A DNA stretch of 64,000 nt from Alphaproteobacteria bacterium. GTDB taxonomy: Bacteria; Pseudomonadota; Alphaproteobacteria; MPNO01. Shown here piece after piece: positions 18,069 to 27,638 of this stretch; within the stretch, counting starts at the first letter, position 1; every line of letters starts with the position of its first letter. The notes under the pieces are model-generated. The model did not search any database. It was given only the letters and a program-made list of their open reading frames with translations, and had not been told where the DNA came from. A program made the translations under genes and the position numbers. The stretch is taken from the NCBI GenBank assembly GCA_964291675.2, contig OZ219865.1:608001-672000 (forward strand). The letters run 5' to 3'.

Positions 18069-18232
18069 TACAAGAGGTATTTTCCACCATATGGGGGCTG
18101 AGCGGATCGTGAGCCTGACGGAGTCCTGCGAGAAAAGTCGGGCAAACTGGGGCGCACCTCGCGCATCCGCCGGTGAGAAACGCGGCTCCGCTATGCTATA
18201 GTCCGACGACGGGAACACGGGAGAGAACGGCG

Positions 18233-19471
18233 ATGACCGAACGGACAGACGGCGTCAGGGAATTCGACATCAAGGAGTTCGACCGCGCCACCTCGACCTC
18301 GGACGTGCTCGCCCATGCGGAGCGCCATAGGAAGGAGCGCGGGCTCGACGACGTGCTGGTCATCGACGTGGATGCGCACCACTTCGAGAGCAGCTCGTGG
18401 GCGCGGATCGTCGAGTACATCGAGGATCCGGTCATGCGCCACATGGCGCAGGCCTTCGAACGGCCGGACGGCAGCAACCCGGGCGGGCTCCTGAACGCCC
18501 AGCCGGGGCTCAACTTCCAGAACGTCGCCGGCCGCATCCAGCATGCCGGCGGCACGCGCCTGGAGGAGATCGAGGACGACAGCGTCCATCGCGATGTCGT
18601 CATGGCGCAGCGCTCGATGGACGCGCTCGGCATCGACTACCAGGTGATGTTCCCGACGCCGATGCTGCAGCTCGGCCTCCACCCCAACCCGCAGATGGAG
18701 GTCGAGCTCGCCTTCGCCTACAACCGCTGGCTGACGCAGGAGGTGCTCACCGGCGACGAGCGCGTGACGACGATGGTCTACCTGCCGTTCTGCGACGCCG
18801 ACGCGTCGCTGAAGACGGTCGAGGAGTTCGCCGGCAAGCCCGGCGTGGTCGGCTTCAACATCACCTCGGTGCGGCACAAGCCGGTGCACCACAACCAGTA
18901 CATGAAGGTCTATGCGGCGATCCAGGAGACCGGGCTGCCGCTCGGCTTCCATGCCGGGCCGACCTGGCATGACGAGTGGACCAGCCAGATCGACCGCTTC
19001 ATCGGCGTGCACGCGATCTCGTTCGTGCTGTGCAACATGGTGCACATGACCAACTGGGTGCTGGAGGGTCTGCCGGAACGGTTCCCCGAGCTCCCGGTGA
19101 TCTGGATCGAGAGCGGGCTCGCCTGGGTGCCGTTCATGATGCAGCGGCTCGACAGCGAGTACTTCATGCGGTCGTCGGAGGCGCCGCTGCTCAAGCGCGC
19201 GCCGAGCGAGTACATCCGCGAGATGTACTACACCTGCCAGCCGATGGAGAGCCGCGACCAGAGGCTGCTGCGCTCCACCTTCGAGGCGATCGACGCCGAG
19301 ACCCAGCTGCTCTACGCCTCCGACTGGCCGCACTGGGACTTCGATTCGCCGAGCGTGATCTGGGACCTCCCGTTCCTCGACGAGACGGCCAAGCGGAACA
19401 TTCTGGGCGGCAACGCCAACCGGCTGTTCAACCTCGCGCCGCAGATCGGGGCCCGCGCCGCCGCCGAGTAA
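18233..19471 (+). CDS. Amidohydrolase-2 fold protein (candidate dinuclear oxygenase)
   Basis: IDVDAHH, GFHAG, WIESG, YASDWPHWDFD; TGCTATAGT extended -10-like site ~30 nt upstream. Confidence 0.85.
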   Translation: MTERTDGVREFDIKEFDRATSTSDVLAHAERHRKERGLDDVLVIDVDAHHFESSSWARIVEYIEDPVMRHMAQAFERPDGSNPGGLLNAQPGLNFQNVAGRIQHAGGTRLEEIEDDSVHRDVVMAQRSMDALGIDYQVMFPTPMLQLGLHPNPQMEVELAFAYNRWLTQEVLTGDERVTTMVYLPFCDADASLKTVEEFAGKPGVVGFNITSVRHKPVHHNQYMKVYAAIQETGLPLGFHAGPTWHDEWTSQIDRFIGVHAISFVLCNMVHMTNWVLEGLPERFPELPVIWIESGLAWVPFMMQRLDSEYFMRSSEAPLLKRAPSEYIREMYYTCQPMESRDQRLLRSTFEAIDAETQLLYASDWPHWDFDSPSVIWDLPFLDETAKRNILGGNANRLFNLAPQIGARAAAE

Positions 19472-19482
19472 GCCGACGCCGC

Positions 19483-20952
19483 ATGTCCGAGCAGGGGGCC
19501 AGACCGCACCCGGTGCGCCCGAACCGGGGCTACGAAGACCTGCGCGAGCTGATCTCGATCTTCGAGGAGATGGGCGAGATCGAGCGCGTGGACGGCGCGG
19601 ACTGGAAGTTCGAGGTGGGCGCCGTCGCCGAGACCACCGCCGCGGCGAGGCCGGGTCGCGCGCCCGCCATCCTGTTCGACAACATCCGCGGCTACCCGGA
19701 AGGCTTCCGCATCATGTCGGGCGGCGCCAACGCCTTCCGCCGGCTCGCCGTGGTGCTGGGGCTCGACGAGCCGCGCCACGAGCTCGACCTGGTCAACGCG
19801 TACCGGGTCCGGATGCGCGAGGAGTTCGAGTCCATCCCCCCGGTCGAGGTGGCGACGGGGCCGGTGCTGGAGAACGTGCTGCGGGGCGAGGATATCGACG
19901 TGCTCAAGTTCCCCGTCCCCTTTGTGCACGAGCTCGACGGCGGGCGCTATATCGGCACCGAAGACCTGGTCGTCATGCGCGACCCCGATACCGGCTGGGT
20001 CAACAGCGCCACCTACCGGGTGATGGTGCATGACGCGAAGACGGTGGCGATCTGGATGTCGCCCGGCAAGCACGGACGCTTCATCAGCGAGAAATATTTC
20101 GACAAGGGCGAGCCCTGCCCGGTGCTGATCTGCTGCGGCCAGGACCCGCTCTTGTTCCTGACCGCGCATCAGGAGATCGACATCGGCACCGACGAGCTCG
20201 CCTATGCCGGGGGCTTGCGCGGGCGCGCGATCCCGGTGGTGAAGAGCGAGGTGCACGGCCTGCCGATACCGGCCCATGCCGAGGTCGCGATCGAGGGCGT
20301 GATGCTGCCTGGCGAGACCCGCGAGGAAGGCCCGTTCGGCGAGTTCATGGGCTATTACGCCTCGAACGCCAGCGAACAGCCGGTCGTGCGCGTCGAGCGC
20401 ATCTATCACCGCGACGACCCGATCCTGACGCTCGCCATCCCGTCCCGCCCGCCGGAAAACTTCACCTTCGCGCGCGCGACCGTGAAGTCGGCGATGATCT
20501 GGGAGGAGATCGAGAAGGCGGGGCTGCCGGGCGTTCAGGGCGTGTGGTGCCACGAGGCCGGCGCCGGGCGGCTGTTCAACGTGGTGGCGATCAGGCAGAT
20601 GTATCCCGGCCATGCGAGCCAGGCGGCGATGCTCGCCGCCAACTGCCATGCCGGCAACTATGCCGGGCGCTGGGTGGTGGTGGTGGACGAGGACATCGAC
20701 CCGTCCAACATGTTCGACGTGGTCTGGGCGATGTCGACACGCTGCGACCCGCCGGAGGACATCCAGTACATCAAGCGCGCCTGGTCGACCCCGCTCGACC
20801 CGCTGCTGCGCGAGCCGCCCTTCCACAACAACCGCGCCATCGTGGATGCCTGCCGCCCGTTCGGCTGGAAGGACGAGTTCCCGAAGGTCGCCGAGGCGAG
20901 CCCCGAGCTAAAGGACCGGGTGCGCGCCAGGTGGCCGCATCTCTACGAGTGA
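19483..20952 (+). CDS. UbiD family (prFMN-dependent) decarboxylase
   Basis: PAILFDNI.GY, DGGRYIGT, TYRVMV, EGPFGEFMGYY, VVVDEDID...WAMSTRCDP. Confidence 0.92.
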   Translation: MSEQGARPHPVRPNRGYEDLRELISIFEEMGEIERVDGADWKFEVGAVAETTAAARPGRAPAILFDNIRGYPEGFRIMSGGANAFRRLAVVLGLDEPRHELDLVNAYRVRMREEFESIPPVEVATGPVLENVLRGEDIDVLKFPVPFVHELDGGRYIGTEDLVVMRDPDTGWVNSATYRVMVHDAKTVAIWMSPGKHGRFISEKYFDKGEPCPVLICCGQDPLLFLTAHQEIDIGTDELAYAGGLRGRAIPVVKSEVHGLPIPAHAEVAIEGVMLPGETREEGPFGEFMGYYASNASEQPVVRVERIYHRDDPILTLAIPSRPPENFTFARATVKSAMIWEEIEKAGLPGVQGVWCHEAGAGRLFNVVAIRQMYPGHASQAAMLAANCHAGNYAGRWVVVVDEDIDPSNMFDVVWAMSTRCDPPEDIQYIKRAWSTPLDPLLREPPFHNNRAIVDACRPFGWKDEFPKVAEASPELKDRVRARWPHLYE

Positions 20953-20967
20953 GCGCGGGCGTCCCGC

Positions 20968-22017
20968 TCAGGCGAACTGCGGCAACACCTTCTCGCCGAA
21001 CAGCCGCATCGAGCTCTCGGCCGCCTCGGCCGGGAGATGGCCGAAATTGATCTGCATCGAGGCGACCTCGAACTCGACCTTGTCCCGGTAGCTGCGGATC
21101 TGGTCGACGACCTGTTCGGGCGTCCCCACCCAGGCCGCCCCCGATTCGACCTGGGTCTCGAAGGATTCCTTCAGCAGCGCCTGGTACATCTTGTCGTAGC
21201 CCGGGTAGTCCCTGCTCGCCGCGCCCTCGACCCAGGGCCGGGCCGAATCGAGGATCGCCTGGAGGTAGCGGTTGACCGGATCGCGGGCGATCTCGACCGC
21301 CTTGGCCGCGTCCTCGTGGCAGAACATGTGGAAGGCGAGCATCACCTTGCCGTTCCCGGGGTGGCCGGCCGACCGCCAGGCTTCGCGATAGACCCCGAGA
21401 AGGTCGAGCATCTTGGAGGAGATCAGCGGGATCGCCATGATGTAGTTGCCCTGCTCGCCCGCCTTGACGAAGGATGAGGGTGTCGTCGTCGTCGCCGTCC
21501 AGATCGGCGGGCGCGGCTTCTGCGTCGGGCGCGGCAGCGAGGTGACGTTCTCGAAGCTGTGGAAACGGCCCTCGCAGGTGACGTCTTCCTCCTCGAGGAG
21601 GAGGCGGATCTGCGCCGATCCCTCGTCGAACCGGGCGACGCTCTCGTCGAGGCTGACGCCGAATTTCTCGAACTCGTGCGGCAGGAAGGCGCGCGCCATG
21701 CCGAGGTCGAGCCGGCCGCCGGAGATCGCATCCAGCATGCCCGCCTCGCCGGCGATCTTGAGCGGGTGGTTGAACACCGGCAGCACGGCACCGGTCACAA
21801 TGCGCGCCTTCTTCGTCCGCTGGCTGGCGGCGCTCAGGAACACCATCGGCGCCGGGCTGTAGCCGCCATAGGCGAGGAAGTAATGCTCGACCGTGCGGAC
21901 ATGGCTGTAGCCGTAGACGTCGACCAGGTCGCAGAGCGACAGGCATTCGGAGAAATACTGGGCGCCGGACTTGGTCTCCGGCCCGACGGACGGAAAGAAT
22001 TGAACGCCGAATTCCAT
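20968..22017 (-). CDS. LLM-class flavin-dependent oxidoreductase
   Basis: EHYF..YGG..P, HPLKIA.EA.MLDAISGGRLDLG, PRPTQKPRPPIW, VGTPEQV. Confidence 0.9.
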   Translation of the reverse strand: MEFGVQFFPSVGPETKSGAQYFSECLSLCDLVDVYGYSHVRTVEHYFLAYGGYSPAPMVFLSAASQRTKKARIVTGAVLPVFNHPLKIAGEAGMLDAISGGRLDLGMARAFLPHEFEKFGVSLDESVARFDEGSAQIRLLLEEEDVTCEGRFHSFENVTSLPRPTQKPRPPIWTATTTTPSSFVKAGEQGNYIMAIPLISSKMLDLLGVYREAWRSAGHPGNGKVMLAFHMFCHEDAAKAVEIARDPVNRYLQAILDSARPWVEGAASRDYPGYDKMYQALLKESFETQVESGAAWVGTPEQVVDQIRSYRDKVEFEVASMQINFGHLPAEAAESSMRLFGEKVLPQFA

Positions 22018-22135
22018 GGCCGCTCCCCTCGCTGACGCGCAATGCTACCTGCTGGCAAGGCCCGCGATCAATTCGACCGCGCCCGCCCCCGCGCCTATGA
22101 TCCGGCGGCTTTCCTGACCCGGCGATCCATCCCCG

Positions 22136-24205
22136 ATGAGCTACACGATCGGCATCGATGTCGGCGGCACCTTTACCGACTTCTACCTGATGGTCGCGGG
22201 CGGGTCGGATCGAATGCACAAGACGCCATCGACGCCGGACGATCCGACCGAAGCGGTGATGCGGGGGCTCGCCGAGCTGGCGGAGAGCGAAGGCCACGCC
22301 CTCGAAACCCTGCTGGCCGGAACAATCCGCATCGTCCACGGCACCACGGTGACCACCAACGCCGTGCTCACCGGAAGATGGGCGAAGACCGGGCTGCTGG
22401 CGACCGCCGGCTTTCGCGACGCGCTGGCGATGCGCCGGGGCATACGCGAGCGGCTCTACGACAACAAGTATGCGGCTCCCAAACCCGTGGTCCCGCGCCG
22501 CCTCCGCCTGCCTGTAGGCGAGCGCATCGACCGGACGGGCGCGGTGCTGCGGCCGATCGAGCTGGACGACGTCGACCGCGCGGCCGCGATCTTCGCCCGC
22601 GAAGACGTCGAGGCGGTAGCCGTGTGCTTCCTCCACGCCTACGCCAACGACGCCCACGAACGGGCCGCGCTGGAACGGCTGCGCGAATGCCTGCCGGAGG
22701 CCCATGTCACTGCGTCGTGCGATATCCTGCCCGAGCTGCGCTACTACGAACGGACCTCGACCACGGTGCTGGCGGCGGCCGTCGGGCCCATCTTCGGACG
22801 CTACATCGCCCGCCTGACGGAACGCCTCGGAAAATCCGGCTTCGGCGGGCCGTTGGCGATCATGCAGTCGAATGGCGGCGTCGCTACGCCCGAACGCGCT
22901 TCCGCCAACGCGGCAACGACGCTGCTGTCAGGGCCCGCCGCGGCGCCCGCCGCCAGTCTCGCCGTGCTGGCGCCGCGCGGCGAAGACAGCTTCATCGCCA
23001 TCGACATGGGCGGCACCAGCTTCGAAGCCTCGCTGGTGCGGGGCGGCGCGCCGGCGGTGACCCGCGGTGCCACGGTCAACCGCTTCGCCATGGCGCTCCC
23101 CGCCATGGACATCAAGACCGTCGGCGCCGGCGGCGGGTCGATCGGCTGGATCGACGGCGGCGGGTTGCTCCGCATGGGGCCGGCGAGCGCCGGCGCCATG
23201 CCCGGGCCCGCCTGCTACGGTTTCGGCGGAACGAAACCTACCTGCTCGGACGCCAACCTGCTGCTCGGCTATCTCGCGGCGGAGAGTTTCGCGGGCGGGC
23301 GCATGACGCTCGATGCGGACGCTGCAAGGCAGGCGATCGAGCGCGAGATCGCCCGCCCGCTCGGCGTCTGTGCGATCACCGCCGCCGCGGGCATGTACCG
23401 CGTCATGACCGTCGGCATGGCGTCGGCCATAAGGGAGGTCTCCGTCGAACGCGGGCTGGATGCGCGCGACTTTCCGCTGGTCTGCGCCGGCGGCGCGGGC
23501 GCCATCCATGCGGCGGCGATCGCGCGCGAGCTGGGGATCGCCCGTATCGTGGTACCGCGCATCGCCTCGGTGCTGTGCGCGGCGGGGATGCTGGCGACCG
23601 ATCTGCGGCGCGATTTCGTGCGCTCCCTGCCCGGCCGCTTCGCGGCGGGGGAAACCGGTTTGGACCGGCTCCGCCGCGTGGCCGATGCGATGGCGCAGGA
23701 AGCGCATGCGGCGCTCTCGGCCGACAACGTCCCGCGCGACCGCCACCGGCTCGAATTCGCCCTCGACCTCCGCTATGCTGGCCAGTACCACGAGGTCGAA
23801 GTGCCCGCCGCCGATCCCGCGATGCTGACCGATATCGGGGCGATGACCGACGCCTTCCACGAGTCCCATGACCGGCTGTACGGCTATGCGCTGGCGGGGG
23901 AGGACACGCCGGTCGAGCTGGTCAATGTCAGGCTCGCGGCCTACGGCGTCACCGACAAGTCGGCACCGAAGCCGGTCCCCGACCGCCGGACGCCGCCGCG
24001 GCAGCGTTCCCGCGATGTCCGCCTCCCCGGCCGCGAGAGCTTCGAGGAGGTCGCGGTCCATGACGGCGAGACCCTTCCCGCCGGGTTTCGCGGCGCCGGG
24101 CCGATGATCGTCGAGACGCCGCTCACCACGGCGCTGGTGCCGCCCGGTTTCGACCTGGAAGTCGATCCCTTCGGGTCGCTGATCCTGACGGATACAGAGG
24201 CATGA
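22136..24205 (+). CDS. Hydantoinase/oxoprolinase subunit A
   Basis: GIDVGGTFTD, HGTTVTTNA, LLSGPAA, DMGGTS, GAGGGSI, SAGA.PGPACYG. Confidence 0.93.
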   Translation: MSYTIGIDVGGTFTDFYLMVAGGSDRMHKTPSTPDDPTEAVMRGLAELAESEGHALETLLAGTIRIVHGTTVTTNAVLTGRWAKTGLLATAGFRDALAMRRGIRERLYDNKYAAPKPVVPRRLRLPVGERIDRTGAVLRPIELDDVDRAAAIFAREDVEAVAVCFLHAYANDAHERAALERLRECLPEAHVTASCDILPELRYYERTSTTVLAAAVGPIFGRYIARLTERLGKSGFGGPLAIMQSNGGVATPERASANAATTLLSGPAAAPAASLAVLAPRGEDSFIAIDMGGTSFEASLVRGGAPAVTRGATVNRFAMALPAMDIKTVGAGGGSIGWIDGGGLLRMGPASAGAMPGPACYGFGGTKPTCSDANLLLGYLAAESFAGGRMTLDADAARQAIEREIARPLGVCAITAAAGMYRVMTVGMASAIREVSVERGLDARDFPLVCAGGAGAIHAAAIARELGIARIVVPRIASVLCAAGMLATDLRRDFVRSLPGRFAAGETGLDRLRRVADAMAQEAHAALSADNVPRDRHRLEFALDLRYAGQYHEVEVPAADPAMLTDIGAMTDAFHESHDRLYGYALAGEDTPVELVNVRLAAYGVTDKSAPKPVPDRRTPPRQRSRDVRLPGRESFEEVAVHDGETLPAGFRGAGPMIVETPLTTALVPPGFDLEVDPFGSLILTDTEA

Positions 24206-25941
24206 GCGACGGCATCGATCCCATCCTGACGGCGGTTATCCAGCGCCGGCTCAAGTCGATCACCGAGGAGATGGGGCTCACGCTCCTCAGGACCACGCGT
24301 TCGCCGATCCTCAACGAGGCGCGCGACTTCGTCACCGGCCTCTACGACGAGGCGGGCGACATGATGGAGCAGACCGAATACATCCCGGTGCTCGCCTTCG
24401 CGCTCCAGCCGGTCTGCAAGGAGATCGTCGCCTTTTTCGGCGACGACCTGCACCCGGGCGACGTGATCCTGCACAACGACGTGTTCTCGGGCGGCAACCA
24501 GAACAACGACGTGGCGGCGTTCCGCCCGGTCTTCGTCGACGGCGAACTCGTCGCCTGGGCCGCCTGCAAGGGCCACCAGGCCGATATCGGCGGCGCGGTC
24601 GCCGGTGGCTACAACCCGGACGCCCGCGAGGTCTGGCAGGAAGCGCTGCGCATCCCGCCGCTCAAGGTGATCGAGCGCGGCAGGCGGCGGGAGGACGTCT
24701 GGCGCATGGTGTTCGCCAACATCCGCTACCCCATCGTCGAGGAGGACATCAAGGCGCAGATCGGCGGCACCGCGGTCGGCGAACGGGGCATCCTGGAGCT
24801 GATCGGGCGCTACGGGCTGGGCGCGTTCCGCGCCCACAAGGCGGCGTTGTTCGCCGCCACCGAGCGCATGGTCGCGCGCGAGATCGAGGCCATACCGGAC
24901 GGGATCTATCGCGGCGAGAGCACGGTGTTCTATGACGGGGTGACCGACGGCACGGAGATGACGATCCGCCTCGCGGTCACCGTCGCGGGCGGGCGCATCG
25001 CCTTCGACTACAGCGGCTCCTCGCCGCAGACGCCGGGCTTCGTCAACGCGCCATTTGCCGCCACCGCGTCCGCGACCATGCTCACCTTCCTGATGCTGAT
25101 CGACCCCGACATCCCGCACAACGCGGGCCTGCACCGCCCGATCTCGATCGTCAACCCGGAGGGCTCGTTCCTCAACGCTTCCTTCCCGGCGGCGACCACC
25201 TTCGGCAACTCGATCACCGGGCCGACCTCGGATGCGATCATGCGCGCGCTCTCCCAAGCGCTTCCGCGCACGGTCACCGCCGGCTGGAACCGCTTCCTCG
25301 GCTTTGCGCTCACCGGCCGCGACGCCCAGCGGGACCGGCGCTTCGTCGACATCCTGTTCCTCGCGCTCAAGGGCGGGTCGGGTGCGACCTGGGAAGCGGA
25401 CGGCTACGATCACATCGGGCTGATCAACTGCGCCGGCGGCATCCTCGCCCAGGATTACGAGATGTTCGAAATCCAGAACCCGGTTCTGCTGGAACGCCAC
25501 GTATACCTGGCCGATTCCGCCGGGCCGGGCCGCTGGCGCGGCGGCCTCGGGGTCGAGACGGCAATGCGGATCGAGGGCGAGGACGTGACGGCGGTCGCCT
25601 TCGGCGACGGCATCGAGGACGGCGCCCGCGCCTTCGGCCTGTTCGGCGGCGAGAAGGGCAGCGTCAACACCAGCTCGTTCCGTTTGCCGGACGGCAGCGA
25701 GAGGGTGCCCAAGTCGAAGGAGATCGTCCGCAACATCCCGCCCGGCACGGTCTTCCGCCAGCGCGCCGGCGGCGGGGGCGGCTACGGCCCGCCGCGCGAG
25801 CGTCCCGCCGAGCTGGTGGCCGAGGAGGTGCAGGACGGCGTGATTTCGCCACAGGCGGCACGGGACGTCTACGGTGTCGCCGTCGACCCCGAAACCCTGG
25901 AGCTCGACCGCGAGGCGACCGCGGCGTTGAGGAGAGCATGA
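24202..25941 (+). CDS. Hydantoinase B/oxoprolinase subunit B
   Basis: EEMG..L.RT.RSP, HNDVFSGG, HQADIGG, DSAGPGRWRGG, GGGGYG; ATGA overlap with subunit A. Confidence 0.93.
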   Translation: MSDGIDPILTAVIQRRLKSITEEMGLTLLRTTRSPILNEARDFVTGLYDEAGDMMEQTEYIPVLAFALQPVCKEIVAFFGDDLHPGDVILHNDVFSGGNQNNDVAAFRPVFVDGELVAWAACKGHQADIGGAVAGGYNPDAREVWQEALRIPPLKVIERGRRREDVWRMVFANIRYPIVEEDIKAQIGGTAVGERGILELIGRYGLGAFRAHKAALFAATERMVAREIEAIPDGIYRGESTVFYDGVTDGTEMTIRLAVTVAGGRIAFDYSGSSPQTPGFVNAPFAATASATMLTFLMLIDPDIPHNAGLHRPISIVNPEGSFLNASFPAATTFGNSITGPTSDAIMRALSQALPRTVTAGWNRFLGFALTGRDAQRDRRFVDILFLALKGGSGATWEADGYDHIGLINCAGGILAQDYEMFEIQNPVLLERHVYLADSAGPGRWRGGLGVETAMRIEGEDVTAVAFGDGIEDGARAFGLFGGEKGSVNTSSFRLPDGSERVPKSKEIVRNIPPGTVFRQRAGGGGGYGPPRERPAELVAEEVQDGVISPQAARDVYGVAVDPETLELDREATAALRRA

Positions 25942-27638
25942 CCTATCGCCCCCCGATCGACGACATCCTGTTCCTGCTGCATGAGGTCATCGGTGCGGAT
26001 GCCATTCTCGCCCGGACCGAATTCGCCCATGTCGACGCCGAGAGCCTGGAAGCCGCGGTGCGCCAGGCCGGCCGGGTCGCATCCGAGATCGTCGCGCCGG
26101 TGAACGCTGCCGCGGATCGCATCGGCGCCAGGCTGGAGAACGGGGTCGTCCGCCTGCCGCCCGGCTTCGTCGAGGCCTACGCGGCGTTCTGCGCCGGCGG
26201 CTGGCCGGGTCTCGCCCTTCCCGAGGAACACGGCGGGCAGGCGATGCCGGAGATCGCCCAGGCCGCGCTGTCGGAGATGTCGAACGGGGCCTCGCTCGCG
26301 TTCTCGATGCTGCCGGTGTGCGGACGGGCCGCGGCCCGGGTGCTGCTGGCCCATGCCGAGCCGGACATCCAGGCCCTCTGGGTGCCGAGGCTCGCGAGCG
26401 GCGAGTGGTCGGGCACCATCGTCATGACCGAGCCGCATGCGGGCTCCGATATCGGCGAGGCGCGGACCAGAGCGATGCCGAACCCCGACGGCAGCTACGC
26501 GCTGACCGGCACCAAGATCTTCATCTCCTTCGGCGACCACGACGCGACGCCGCAAAACGCCCATATCGTGCTCGCCCGGATCGCGGGTGCGTCGGACGGC
26601 GTGCGCGGTCTCAGCCTGTTCCTGGTCCCCCGGGTCATGGTCGGGGCGGACGGTACGCTCGGGCCGCGCAACGCCATCGCCGCCGCGCGCCTCGAGGACA
26701 AGATGGGCATCCACGGCTCGCCGACCTGCGAGATGCGGCTCGACGGCGCCACCGGCTACCTGCTGGGGGAACCGGGGCGCGGCATCCAGTGCATGTTCAC
26801 CATGATCAACACGATGCGCCTCGAAGTCGCGCTCGAAGGAGTGGGCATCGCCGGCGCCGCCCTCGACAGGGCCGCGCGCTACGCCGCCGAGCGCGTGCAG
26901 GGCGGCAGCGGCGGCGCGGCCACGGCCATCGTCGAGCATGCCGACATCCGCCGTACCCTGCTCAGGATGAAGGCGCTCACCGACGGTGCGCGCGCGCTCT
27001 GCTACGAGACCGCCGCGCTGCTGGATCGCGGCCGGCAGGACGAGGCGGGATTCCTGCTGCCGGTCTGCAAAGCGCTGGCGAGCGAGATCGCGGTCGAGGT
27101 CGCGAGCCTCGCCATCCAGGTCCATGGCGGGCACGGCTATATCGCCGAGCACGGCGTGGAGCAGCTGATGCGCGATGCCCGCATCACGCCCATCTACGAG
27201 GGCACCAACGGCATCCAGGCGATCGACCTCTTGCTGCGCAAGATCGGCCGCGACGAGGCGAAGACGCTCGCGAGGATCTGCGAAAGAGTGGAGGCGGATC
27301 TGGACGGCGAGGGCGAGATCGACGATGCGGTCGCGGCCGGGCTCGACGAATGGCGGCGCGTTTCCGCCCGCCTGCTCGACCGCCTCCGGGAAGACGCGAA
27401 CGGCGCCCTGTCCGGCGCCACCCCCTATCTCCGCCTCGCCGGCACGGTGCTGATGGGCTGGATGTGGCTGCGCATGGCGAAGGCCGCCGGGGACGACGCC
27501 TACGGCGACGAGATCCGCGCGCTGGCGCGGTTCTACGCGGCCGACGTCATGGCCGAGATCGACGCCCTCGCCCGAAGGGCTCTGATGCCCGCCGGCCTGC
27601 TCTACGCCCTCGACGCGGAAACGGTCGCCAGGGTCTGA
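25938..27638 (+). CDS. Acyl-CoA dehydrogenase (long type, DmdC-like)
   Basis: MTEPHAGSD, GTKIFIS.G, KMGIHGSPTC, GGHGYI.E, IYEGTNGIQAIDL. Confidence 0.9.
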   Translation: MTYRPPIDDILFLLHEVIGADAILARTEFAHVDAESLEAAVRQAGRVASEIVAPVNAAADRIGARLENGVVRLPPGFVEAYAAFCAGGWPGLALPEEHGGQAMPEIAQAALSEMSNGASLAFSMLPVCGRAAARVLLAHAEPDIQALWVPRLASGEWSGTIVMTEPHAGSDIGEARTRAMPNPDGSYALTGTKIFISFGDHDATPQNAHIVLARIAGASDGVRGLSLFLVPRVMVGADGTLGPRNAIAAARLEDKMGIHGSPTCEMRLDGATGYLLGEPGRGIQCMFTMINTMRLEVALEGVGIAGAALDRAARYAAERVQGGSGGAATAIVEHADIRRTLLRMKALTDGARALCYETAALLDRGRQDEAGFLLPVCKALASEIAVEVASLAIQVHGGHGYIAEHGVEQLMRDARITPIYEGTNGIQAIDLLLRKIGRDEAKTLARICERVEADLDGEGEIDDAVAAGLDEWRRVSARLLDRLREDANGALSGATPYLRLAGTVLMGWMWLRMAKAAGDDAYGDEIRALARFYAADVMAEIDALARRALMPAGLLYALDAETVARV

